Shown here piece by piece: positions 9,311-17,724 of a stretch of 36,343 nucleotides of DNA. The position numbers were made by a program, and so were the translations under genes. Source of the stretch: an uncultured bacterium (GTDB lineage Bacteria > Bacillota > Clostridia > Lachnospirales > Lachnospiraceae); the NCBI GenBank assembly GCA_946061355.1, contig CAMGRE010000001.1, forward strand, positions 1 to 36,343, written 5' to 3'. The notes under the pieces were generated by a model. That model saw nothing but the letters and a program-made list of their open reading frames with translations. It ran no database searches and was not told the origin of the DNA. The stretch's first letter is position 1. Every line of letters begins with the position of its first letter.

Positions 9311-10957
9311 ATGAGCGTTTCCATATTATTGTCCATGGCAGGCGGACTTGGTCTGTTTCTGTTTGGCATGAAACTGATGAGTGAAGGGATTGAAAAGGCG
9401 GCAGGTGCAAAACTCAGGAGTATTCTCGAATTTTTTACAACAAACCGTTTTACGGGGATGCTGGTCGGTATCGTTTTTACCGCGATTATACAGTCTTCTT
9501 CCGCGTGTACCGTTATGGTAGTCAGCTTCGTAAACTCAGGTCTGATGTCGCTTTATCAGGCGGCGGGTGTGATCCTCGGAGCAAATATCGGTACGACGGT
9601 CACTTCCCAGCTGGTTTCCTTTAATTTGTCGGAAGTGGCGCCGGTCTTTCTGCTGGGCGGCGTTCTGACAGTGATGTTCGTCAAGAATAATATGGTGAAA
9701 AAGATCGGTGAGATCGTTTTGGGATTCGGTGTTCTCTTTATGGGACTGTCAGGAATGTCCAGCGCAATGTCGGGACTCAGGGAAGATCCGACTGTGGTTG
9801 GGATGTTTGCTTCTCTGACGAATCCTCTTTTTGCAGTTCTTTTGGGTACGGTGGTGACGGCCGTGATCCAGAGCTCTTCCGTCACGGTCAGCATCATCCT
9901 CCTGATGGCAAATCAGGGACTTTTGGAATTGCCGATCTGTCTGTTTATTATCCTGGGATGTAATATCGGTGCCTGTGCATCTGCAATGATTGCTTCCCTT
10001 GCAGGAAAGAAGGATGCCAAGCGGGCAGCGATGATCCATTTCCTGTTTAATGTCGTGGGAAGTATTATCTTTTTTTTCATATTCCTTGTTGCGATGGATC
10101 CCGTGATACAGCTTCTACATACGATCTCGGGTGACAATGCGGGACGTTTCGTGGCAAATGCCCATACGTGTATCAAGATCGCGCAGGTGATCATGCTGTT
10201 CCCGTTCTCGGGACTTCTGGTAAAACTTACGTATGTCTGTGTACCCGGTGATGATAAGAAGATTGGGTATCGTGACAGCTTCCAGCTCAAATATATCGGG
10301 GATAAGGTTGTATTTAATCCTGCCACAGCAGTGGTTGAGGTCATCAAAGAGATCGACCGTATGGCATCTCTTGCCAGTGAGAACCTGAACAGAGCCATGA
10401 ATGCGTTGATTACTTTGGATCAGGAAGATATCAATGAGGTTTATGAGGTGGAAAAGAATATCAATTTCCTGAATCATGCCATCACCAATTATCTCGTGAA
10501 GATCAACCAGACAACACTGCCGATCGAGGACTTGCAGAGTATCGGCAGTCTGTTCCATGTGGTGAATGATATCGAGCGTATCGGTGACCATGCGGAAAAC
10601 GTGGCGGATGCGGCAAAACAGAGACAGGAAACGGGTGTGAGCTTCAGTAAGGAAGCACAGAAGGAACTGGGAGAGATGCTCGATATGGTGAATCAGCTGA
10701 TCCAGTATTCCACGGAAATGTTTGCAAAAGGAACAGAGGAGCACGTGCAGGATATTATGGAACTGGAGGAGTGTGTGGATGAGAAAGAGCGCCAGCTCCA
10801 GAAATTCCATGTGGAGCGATTGACCAAAAACCAGTGTACGCCTGAGGCAGGCATGATCTTCTCTGACGTGATCTCCGGTCTTGAGAGGGTGGCGGATCAT
10901 GCTACGAACATTGCTTTTTCCCTGCTGCACAATGAGCCGGAAGAAAACAATGCATAA
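9311..10957 (+). CDS. Na+/phosphate cotransporter family protein (NptA/YjbB-like) with C-terminal PhoU repeats
   Basis: Two QSSS repeats, GANIGTT and GCNIG motifs, and PhoU-like DIERIGDHAEN and LERVADHATN motifs. Confidence 0.93.
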   Translation: MSVSILLSMAGGLGLFLFGMKLMSEGIEKAAGAKLRSILEFFTTNRFTGMLVGIVFTAIIQSSSACTVMVVSFVNSGLMSLYQAAGVILGANIGTTVTSQLVSFNLSEVAPVFLLGGVLTVMFVKNNMVKKIGEIVLGFGVLFMGLSGMSSAMSGLREDPTVVGMFASLTNPLFAVLLGTVVTAVIQSSSVTVSIILLMANQGLLELPICLFIILGCNIGACASAMIASLAGKKDAKRAAMIHFLFNVVGSIIFFFIFLVAMDPVIQLLHTISGDNAGRFVANAHTCIKIAQVIMLFPFSGLLVKLTYVCVPGDDKKIGYRDSFQLKYIGDKVVFNPATAVVEVIKEIDRMASLASENLNRAMNALITLDQEDINEVYEVEKNINFLNHAITNYLVKINQTTLPIEDLQSIGSLFHVVNDIERIGDHAENVADAAKQRQETGVSFSKEAQKELGEMLDMVNQLIQYSTEMFAKGTEEHVQDIMELEECVDEKERQLQKFHVERLTKNQCTPEAGMIFSDVISGLERVADHATNIAFSLLHNEPEENNA

Positions 10958-11032
10958 GAAGGCAATGTGTTTTTTAAACTGTATGATATGAGATTTGGTT
11001 TCAGGTAATTGATGGAAAACAGGCTGCTTTGA

Positions 11033-11061
11033 TTGACAGTATCCTGAGCACTTGTTACAAT
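11033..11061 (+). promoter_or_regulatory. Near-consensus sigma-A promoter for the NlpC/P60 gene
   Basis: TTGACA (11033-11038), 17-nt spacer, TACAAT (11056-11061), with extended -10 TG at 11053-11054. Confidence 0.85.
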
Positions 11062-11074
11062 GACAACATAAAAA

Positions 11075-11091
11075 CGTAACAAAATTGTAAC
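11075..11091 (+). promoter_or_regulatory. OmpR-family direct-repeat site resembling a WalR box
   Basis: CGTAAC-N5-TGTAAC versus consensus TGTWAH-N5-TGTWAH (1 mismatch); upstream of a cell-wall hydrolase. Confidence 0.5.
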
Positions 11092-11138
11092 AAATGTCGG
11101 GCGTGTGTAACGCCCATACAGGATGAACGGAGGCAGTA

Positions 11139-12188
11139 ATGAAACGGACTTTAGAGAAAGGAATCGCCCTGGCGGTGGCTGCGGCAATGCTTGGAATGAC
11201 AACCACAGTTACGGCAGGTTCCACGGATGACTTGATAAATAACACTACCGCCGGAATGGAGCGCGTCCTGCTGGTTGGGCAGGCGGAAGATCTTTCGGAG
11301 GAAACTTCCGGAAAACAGGAAGAAAAAGCTGCTGAGAAAAAGCAGGAGACGATATACGGATATACCAATCTCGGGATCGCGCAGGTAGACAATCATCTGA
11401 ATGTGCGAAATAAGCCGGGTGAGGATGGAGAACTTGTAGGTAAGATGACGAAAAATTCGGCATGCGAGATCCTCTCTGTGGAAGGAGACTGGGCTAAGAT
11501 TAAGTCCGGTAAGGTGGAAGGATATGTGCATACCGATTATCTGCTGACAGGTGAAGCCGCGAAGAAAAAGGCAGAGGAAGTTGTTTATACGGTTGCGAAG
11601 GTTAACACGCAGACATTGAAGGTCAGAGAGCAGCCGAATACGGACTGCCCTGTCATCACGCTTGTCGCGCAGGATGAGCGGTTGGAGGTGGTCGAACAGG
11701 CACCGGAAGGCTGGGCCAAGATCATGCTGGATGATGAGGAGGCATATGTGTCTACAGATTATTGCGTGATCGAGCAGTCCCTGGAGACAGCGGTAACGAT
11801 GAAGGAATTGCTGTTTGGCGATGGAGTGTCTGATACTAGGATCAGTCTGTGTCAGTATGCAAAACAGTTTATTGGGAATCCCTATGTATGGGGAGGAACC
11901 AGTCTTACCAAAGGAGCTGACTGTTCCGGTTTCGTGCAGAGCGTGTACAAGCATTTCGGAATTTCTCTGCCGCGTTCGTCCAGAGAGCAGGTGAATGTCG
12001 GGACAAAAGTGTCGTTGTCTGAGGCGAAACCGGGGGATCTGGTGTTCTATGCAAAGGGCGGGACGATCAACCATGTGGCAATCTATATCGGGAACGGTCA
12101 GGTTGTGCATGCCAGCAGTCCCAAGACAGGGATTCGTATCTCAAATGTGAACTACAGGACACCTGCGTCTGTGAAGAGAGTCATGTAG
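11139..12188 (+). CDS. Secreted peptidoglycan endopeptidase, two SH3b domains plus NlpC/P60 (C40) domain
   Basis: Signal peptide; LNVR...GDWAKIKSG..GYV and LKVRE...GWAKI...AYVS SH3b repeats; GNPYVWGG, DCSGF, PGDLVFY, HVAIYIG and VHAS catalytic motifs. Confidence 0.93.
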   Translation: MKRTLEKGIALAVAAAMLGMTTTVTAGSTDDLINNTTAGMERVLLVGQAEDLSEETSGKQEEKAAEKKQETIYGYTNLGIAQVDNHLNVRNKPGEDGELVGKMTKNSACEILSVEGDWAKIKSGKVEGYVHTDYLLTGEAAKKKAEEVVYTVAKVNTQTLKVREQPNTDCPVITLVAQDERLEVVEQAPEGWAKIMLDDEEAYVSTDYCVIEQSLETAVTMKELLFGDGVSDTRISLCQYAKQFIGNPYVWGGTSLTKGADCSGFVQSVYKHFGISLPRSSREQVNVGTKVSLSEAKPGDLVFYAKGGTINHVAIYIGNGQVVHASSPKTGIRISNVNYRTPASVKRVM

Positions 12189-12208
12189 ATTAAAAGTTCA
12201 GAAAGAAG

Positions 12209-14626
12209 TTGCAAAGGATGATCGAGAAGATAAGGAAGAGATTATTTGATACGGATATGCCCGTTCAGAATGTGATCTTTCATTTGCTGATCGCGGGGAC
12301 GATTATCGGCGGGATCATAATGGAACTGCTGACGATTTTGCTGCGCTCCGATATCAATAAGAGGGTAGAAACACTGATCATTCTTTATCTCGTGATCCTT
12401 TTGTGGTACAGCCTGAAGGTCCGTCAGAATCTCCAGACGATGATCACTGTGGTATGTGTATCGGGAGCATTTTTTGTATTCCCGCTTCTCTTTTTGTCAA
12501 ACGGTGGTGTGAACGGCGGTATGGCAATCTGGATGGTGCTCGGCATGGTTCTGGAATTTATGCTTTTGGAACGTCGTTATCTGTTGATTCTTGCGCCGAT
12601 CACGTCTGTCGCATACGGAGTTGTATTCTGGGTGGCGGATCAGTATCCGGAGATTATTATCCACTTCAAATCAGAGACGCTGGCCTCCATCGATACTTTT
12701 GTAAGTCTGCTGACGGTTGCGGCGATCATAGGAGTGCTCGCCAGAATGCAGATGCGCTTTTATATGAATAAATGTGAGCAGCTTGAGCAGGCGGTCCGGG
12801 AGGTGGAAAGGTCCAATCAGGCGGAGCGGCGCTTCCTTGCCAATATGTCACATGAGATCCGGACACCGGTATCTGTTATCTGCGGTATGGATGAGATAAT
12901 CCTGAGAGAATGTGATGATCCGGAGATCGTTTCTTATGCCAATGAGATTAAAGTTGCTTCCGGACTGTTGCTCAGCACGATCAATGATATTCTGGATTTC
13001 TCCAAGATTGAAGCCGGGAAAATGGAACTGCAGATCACAGAGTATAGCCTAGGCAGGCTGATCGCGGACATCTATCATCTGATGGAACTGAAGATGCAGG
13101 AAAAGAAACTGCAGTTTTCGGTGAATGTGAATCCGGAACTTCCCGACAGATTGTATGGAGATGATGTGCGTCTCAGACAGATTCTCATAAATATTGTGAA
13201 CAACGCTTATAAGTATACGAATGAAGGCCGTGTGCTGATCAGCTGCGACGGTTCTATAGAAGGCGATATTGCGGTTTTGCATTTTGCGGTTGAGGACACC
13301 GGAACCGGGATCAGAGAGGAAGACATCAAGCGGCTGTTCTCGGAGTTTAAGCGCATTGATGAACTCAAGAACCGTAATGTAGAGGGATCGGGGCTTGGCA
13401 TGAATATCGCAATGCAGCTTCTCGTCATGATGGGCAGCCGACTGCAGGTAGAGAGTGTTTACGGTGAGGGGAGCAATTTCCATTTTACCTTAAAACAGCG
13501 GATAGCGGACAGTAAGCCTGTCGGAGAGATACAGCATGCCCTGCAGAATATCGGCGGGGAACATCAGTACCGTGAGATGTTTCAGGCACCGGATGCACGC
13601 ATTCTGGTGGTGGATGATAACGAGATCAACAGAAGGGTGTTTGTAAAGCTTCTGGAGCGCACCCGTATGCAGATAGAAGAGGCAGGAAGCGGGGAAGCCT
13701 GTCTTGAAATGATACAGAAAGCCCCGTATGATGTGATCTTTATGGATCATATGATGCCCGGGATGGATGGAATTGAGACGTTCCGGCGTATCCGGCAGGG
13801 AGATAGTGTGTGCCGGAATGTTCCTGTTGTGATCCTGACAGCCAATACGACGCTTGAGCATCGTGAAGTCTATGAGAAAGAAGGCTTTGATGATTATCTG
13901 AGCAAGCCGGTGGAGTCGGAGAGGTTGGAGTATGTCATTTTGAAACTGATTGATAAGAGCAAGGTGACATATGTTATGAGTGATATTACTGATAATGAGG
14001 AAGAGGAGGATAAGCCGGAACTTCCCGAGATAGAAGGAGTATTTTGGGAGAAAGCGCTGGAAAAGTTTCGTGACAGGAAGACTTTGCTTGATATGGTAAG
14101 GGTATTTTACCGGACGCTTCCGGGCGAAGCAGCCGCGATTGTAAGCCTGTATAAAGAGATTGATACGGAAGAAGGATTGAAGAATTACAGGATTCGTGCT
14201 CATGGTCTCAAGAGTGCAGCAGCGACGATAGGTGCCATGAGACTTTCGGGAATGGCAAGGTCGCTGGAGGAGGCAGCTGTTCAGAATAATCTCGGGCAGA
14301 TCAGAGCGATTCATCCGGTATTACTCAGGGAAATTGAGTTTATTACGGAGCGATTGAAGGTTTTGTTTCCGGAGGAAGGAAAATGCCCGTGGGAAGATCA
14401 TATTGATCTGAAGGCACTGCTTGCGAAGCTGTGTGAGGCAATGCAGCAGGATGATATCGACGGAGCCGATGCGGTTGTGGAAGAACTGAAGAAATATTCT
14501 TATGAAGAGAGTCTGCAGGCACTGTTGGAAGAATTGTTTGTCATGGTTGCGAATCTCGAGGAGAAGCGTGTAGATGAGATTGTATCACAGATTAATGAAA
14601 AAATTGAGGCTTTACAGATAAAATAG
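12209..14626 (+). CDS. Membrane-bound hybrid sensor histidine kinase (TM sensor, HisKA, HATPase, REC, Hpt)
   Basis: Several N-terminal TM helices; FLANMSHEIRTP H-box; NIVNNAYKYT, DTGTGI and GSGLG boxes; receiver VVDDN...IFMDHMMP...KP; Hpt AHGLKSAA. Start is TTG 12209 or ATG 12218. Confidence 0.93.
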   Translation: MQRMIEKIRKRLFDTDMPVQNVIFHLLIAGTIIGGIIMELLTILLRSDINKRVETLIILYLVILLWYSLKVRQNLQTMITVVCVSGAFFVFPLLFLSNGGVNGGMAIWMVLGMVLEFMLLERRYLLILAPITSVAYGVVFWVADQYPEIIIHFKSETLASIDTFVSLLTVAAIIGVLARMQMRFYMNKCEQLEQAVREVERSNQAERRFLANMSHEIRTPVSVICGMDEIILRECDDPEIVSYANEIKVASGLLLSTINDILDFSKIEAGKMELQITEYSLGRLIADIYHLMELKMQEKKLQFSVNVNPELPDRLYGDDVRLRQILINIVNNAYKYTNEGRVLISCDGSIEGDIAVLHFAVEDTGTGIREEDIKRLFSEFKRIDELKNRNVEGSGLGMNIAMQLLVMMGSRLQVESVYGEGSNFHFTLKQRIADSKPVGEIQHALQNIGGEHQYREMFQAPDARILVVDDNEINRRVFVKLLERTRMQIEEAGSGEACLEMIQKAPYDVIFMDHMMPGMDGIETFRRIRQGDSVCRNVPVVILTANTTLEHREVYEKEGFDDYLSKPVESERLEYVILKLIDKSKVTYVMSDITDNEEEEDKPELPEIEGVFWEKALEKFRDRKTLLDMVRVFYRTLPGEAAAIVSLYKEIDTEEGLKNYRIRAHGLKSAAATIGAMRLSGMARSLEEAAVQNNLGQIRAIHPVLLREIEFITERLKVLFPEEGKCPWEDHIDLKALLAKLCEAMQQDDIDGADAVVEELKKYSYEESLQALLEELFVMVANLEEKRVDEIVSQINEKIEALQIK

Positions 14627-14639
14627 AGTGTGTTATACT
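14611..14639 (+). promoter_or_regulatory. Sigma-A promoter of rpsO
   Basis: TTTACA (14611-14616, inside the kinase 3' end), 17-nt spacer, TATACT (14634-14639), with extended -10 TG at 14631-14632. Confidence 0.75.
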
Positions 14640-14650
14640 ATTCGGGTATG

Positions 14651-14730
14651 AGATTTTGCCAATGCTCGGTGACGGGATACTCCAACCCGCACTTAGTTTC
14701 CGGTGAATAAAAGAAACAGGAGGAGAAACA
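14651..14730 (+). promoter_or_regulatory. Putative ribosomal protein S15 autoregulatory leader
   Basis: 5' UTR of rpsO with nested pairings TTTGCC/GGTGAA, GCTCGGTG/CACTTAGT and CGGG/CCCG; the loop CTCC is complementary to the GGAG RBS. S15 leaders are established in Firmicutes. Confidence 0.55.
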
Positions 14731-14997
14731 ATGATTTCAAAGGAAAAGAAAACCGCGATCATCAATGAGTATGCAAGAAAACCCGGTGACACAGGTTCAC
14801 CTGAGGTTCAGGTTGCAGTGTTGACAGCAAGAATCAACGAGCTGACAGAGCATCTGAAAGAGAATCAGAAGGATCATCATTCCAGAAGAGGTATGTTAAA
14901 GATGGTAGGTCAGAGACGTGGACTTCTGGCTTATTTAAAGAAGACGGATATCGAGAGATATCGTGCCCTGATCGAGAAACTGGGTCTGAGAAAGTAG
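14731..14997 (+). CDS. rpsO: 30S ribosomal protein S15
   Basis: [18 protein letters not shown] and LGLRK motifs. Confidence 0.99.
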   Translation: MISKEKKTAIINEYARKPGDTGSPEVQVAVLTARINELTEHLKENQKDHHSRRGMLKMVGQRRGLLAYLKKTDIERYRALIEKLGLRK

Positions 14998-15004
14998 CAG
15001 AGGT

Positions 15005-15038
15005 AAAAGGCGGGTTTGATAAATCAATCCGCCTTTTT
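15005..15038 (+). terminator. Rho-independent terminator after rpsO
   Basis: AAAAGGCGG...CCGCCTTTTT stem with a U-tract. Confidence 0.8.
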
Positions 15039-15053
15039 GTCAATGTATGGTAT

Positions 15054-15137
15054 GACAGAAGGTATTCCCGAGACCACTGAGGTGTGGATATGCGTGCTGC
15101 GGATATGGACAGCTCAGTAGTTTCGGTCTCTTCTGTC
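15054..15137 (+). promoter_or_regulatory. Long irregular hairpin in the pnp leader (candidate RNase III / autoregulation site)
   Basis: Nested pairings GACAGAAG/CTTCTGTC, CGAGAC/GTTTCG, ACTGAG/CTCAGT, TGT/ACA and ATAT/ATAT. Confidence 0.6.
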
Positions 15138-15171
15138 TGACATATAGAGAAAAAGAAAAGGAGAAGAGAGT

Positions 15172-17262
15172 ATGTACAAGACTTACACAATGGATCTTGC
15201 CGGCAGAACACTTAAGGTAGAAATCGGCAAGGTCGGCAAACAGGCAAACGGATGCGCATTTATGCAGTATGGTGATACTACGGTATTAAGCACCGCCACT
15301 GCATCAGACAAGCCCAGAGACGGGATCGACTTTTTCCCGCTGAGCGTTGAGTATGAGGAGAAGCTGTACGCTGTAGGCAAGATCCCCGGAGGATTTAACA
15401 AGAGAGAGGGCAAGGCTTCCGAGAATGCGATTCTGACAAGCCGTGTCATCGACAGACCGATGCGGCCTTTGTTCCCGAAGGATTACAGAAATGATGTGAC
15501 TTTGAATAATATGGTAATGTCCGTTGATCCGGCGTGCCGTCCGGAACTTGTGGCTATGCTGGGTGCCGCCATTGCGACAAGTATTTCAGACATTCCGTTT
15601 GACGGTCCCTGCGCCATGACACAGGTGGGGATGATCGATGGCGAGTTTGTCATCAATCCGTCCCAGGAGCAGTGGAAGACAGGCGACCTGAATCTGACGG
15701 TTGCTTCCACCAGCGAGAAGGTCATCATGATTGAGGCAGGTGCGAATGAGATCCCCGAGGCAACCATGATCGAGGCAATCTATAAGGCCCATGAGGTAAA
15801 TCAGACACTGATTGCTTTTATCAATCAGATCGTGGCTGAAGTCGGCAAGCCGAAGCATGAGTACACAAGCTGTGCGATCCCGGAGGAGATGTTTGCGGCA
15901 ATGCGTGAGATCGTTACGCCTGAAGAGATGGAGACAGCTGTATTTACCGATGAGAAGCAGGTAAGAGAAGAGAATATCCGCAAGGTGACAGAGAAATTTG
16001 AGGAAGCATTTGCAGACAACGAGGAGTGGCTTGCAGTGCTTGGTGAGGCAGTATATCAGTATCAGAAAAAGACTGTCCGCAAGATGATCTTAAAGGATCA
16101 CAAACGTCCCGACGGACGTGAGATCACACAGATCCGTCCTCTGGCAGCAGAAGTGGATGTAATCCCGAGAGTTCACGGTTCTGCGATGTTTACCCGTGGG
16201 CAGACACAGATCTGCGATGTCTGCACGCTGGCGCCTTTGTCTGAAGCGCAGAAGATCGATGGCCTGGATGAAAATGAAGTAAGCAAGCGTTATATGCATC
16301 ATTATAATTTCCCGTCCTATTCTGTAGGGGAGACAAAACCTTCCAGAGGACCGGGACGCCGTGAGATCGGTCATGGTGCACTGGCAGAGAGAGCGCTGAT
16401 TCCGGTACTTCCTACACCGGAAGAGTTCCCGTATGCGATCCGTTGTGTGTCCGAGACATTCGAGTCAAACGGTTCCACATCAATGGCTTCCACCTGTGCA
16501 TCCTGTATGTCACTGATGGCTGCCGGCGTGCCGATCAAGAAGATGGTGGCAGGTATCTCCTGCGGTCTGGTGACAGGCGATACAGATGATGATTTTGTAC
16601 TGCTTACAGATATCCAGGGACTTGAGGATTTCTTTGGCGATATGGATTTCAAGGTAACAGGTACAACCGAGGGTATCACGGCGATTCAGATGGATATCAA
16701 GATCCACGGTCTGACCAGACCGATCGTAGAGGGCGCGATTGCCAGATGTCGTGAGGCGAGACTCTTTATCATGGACAACTGCATGAAGCCTGCGATCGCA
16801 GCGCCCAGAGCAGAGGTTGGCAAATATGCGCCTAAGATCATTCAGGTCAAGATTGATCCGGAGAAGATCGGTGATGTGGTTGGACAGAGAGGCAAGACAA
16901 TCAATGAGATTATTGCCAGAACAGGTGTCAAGATCGATATCACAGATGACGGTGCGGTTTCTGTATGCGGTACAGACAAAGCAATGATGGATCAGGCGAT
17001 CGATATGATCAAGATTATCACGACAGAGTTTGAGCAGGGTCAGATCTTTACCGGAACTGTTGTCAGCATCAAAGAGTTTGGTGCATTTATCGAGTTCGCT
17101 CCCGGCAAGGAGGGCATGGTTCATATCTCCAAGATTGCAAAGGAGAGGATCAATCATGTTGAGGATGTGCTTACACTGGGCGATAAGGTGACAGTGGTAT
17201 GTCTCGGCAAGGATAAGATGGGACGTATCAGCTTCTCTATGAAGGATGTGGCACAGCAGTAA
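15172..17262 (+). CDS. pnp: Polyribonucleotide nucleotidyltransferase (PNPase)
   Basis: DFFPLSV, RVIDRPMRPLFP, RREIGHG, ESNGSTSMAS and DFFGDMDFKV motifs, plus KH and S1 domains. Confidence 0.99.
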   Translation: MYKTYTMDLAGRTLKVEIGKVGKQANGCAFMQYGDTTVLSTATASDKPRDGIDFFPLSVEYEEKLYAVGKIPGGFNKREGKASENAILTSRVIDRPMRPLFPKDYRNDVTLNNMVMSVDPACRPELVAMLGAAIATSISDIPFDGPCAMTQVGMIDGEFVINPSQEQWKTGDLNLTVASTSEKVIMIEAGANEIPEATMIEAIYKAHEVNQTLIAFINQIVAEVGKPKHEYTSCAIPEEMFAAMREIVTPEEMETAVFTDEKQVREENIRKVTEKFEEAFADNEEWLAVLGEAVYQYQKKTVRKMILKDHKRPDGREITQIRPLAAEVDVIPRVHGSAMFTRGQTQICDVCTLAPLSEAQKIDGLDENEVSKRYMHHYNFPSYSVGETKPSRGPGRREIGHGALAERALIPVLPTPEEFPYAIRCVSETFESNGSTSMASTCASCMSLMAAGVPIKKMVAGISCGLVTGDTDDDFVLLTDIQGLEDFFGDMDFKVTGTTEGITAIQMDIKIHGLTRPIVEGAIARCREARLFIMDNCMKPAIAAPRAEVGKYAPKIIQVKIDPEKIGDVVGQRGKTINEIIARTGVKIDITDDGAVSVCGTDKAMMDQAIDMIKIITTEFEQGQIFTGTVVSIKEFGAFIEFAPGKEGMVHISKIAKERINHVEDVLTLGDKVTVVCLGKDKMGRISFSMKDVAQQ

Positions 17263-17281
17263 TAAATAGAAATACAAATAG

Positions 17282-17307
17282 AAATGCCTGCCGACGGCAG
17301 GCATTTT
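17282..17307 (+). terminator. Terminator hairpin after pnp
   Basis: AAATGCCTGCC-gac-GGCAGGCATTT, a perfect 11-bp stem that may be bidirectional. Confidence 0.75.
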
Positions 17308-17331
17308 GCATATGCAGACATATCAAAGGAG

Positions 17332-17368
17332 GGAGCCATGGCAGATGTTACTGCCATGGCTCCTTTTT
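17332..17368. terminator. Second hairpin between the convergent pnp and grcA-like genes
   Basis: GGAGCCATGGCAG-atgtta-CTGCCATGGCTCC-TTTTT, a perfect 13-bp stem. Confidence 0.7.
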
Positions 17369-17393
17369 GCTTCATAGAAGCTGTTATGGGGAG

Positions 17394-17639
17394 TTAGATT
17401 GCTTCGTGGAAGGTACGTGAAATAACATCTGCCTGCTGTTCGGGGGTAAGCTTGATGAAATTCACGGCATATCCGCTGACACGGATCGTCAGCTGAGGGT
17501 AATTCTCAGGATGCTTCTGTGCATCGAGAAGCATATCTCTGTTTAATACGTTAACATTCAGATGATGTCCGCCCTTTGTTGCATAGCCGTCCAGTAAAGA
17601 TACAAGATTTTCAACCTGTGCTGTGTTTGCTGCTGTCAT
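17394..17639 (-). CDS. grcA: Autonomous glycyl-radical cofactor (GrcA/YfiD-like; stand-alone pyruvate formate-lyase C-terminal domain)
   Basis: [33 protein letters not shown] and [12 protein letters not shown] match the PFL glycyl-radical domain. AAGGAG RBS lies 8 nt before the ATG at 17639; an alternative ATG is at 17645. Confidence 0.88.
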   Translation of the reverse strand: MTAANTAQVENLVSLLDGYATKGGHHLNVNVLNRDMLLDAQKHPENYPQLTIRVSGYAVNFIKLTPEQQADVISRTFHEAI

Positions 17640-17668
17640 AATCATCTCTCCTTTTCTTTTATAAATTT

Positions 17669-17724
17669 TAATAATAGTATTGATTCCTGTTTCTTTAATA
17701 TAATAATAGCAATAATTCCTATTT
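17669..17724. repeat. Two imperfect 24-bp direct repeats (candidate tandem operator)
   Basis: TAATAATAGTATTGATTCCTGTTT (17669-17692) versus TAATAATAGCAATAATTCCTATTT (17701-17724), 20/24 identical. The second copy contains the 9-1-9 palindrome AATAGCAAT-A-ATTCCTATT. Confidence 0.6.

Noticed and set aside
17264-17285. AAATAGAAAT direct repeat after the pnp stop
   Set aside because: Short and A-rich; no associated element that would make it a target-site duplication.
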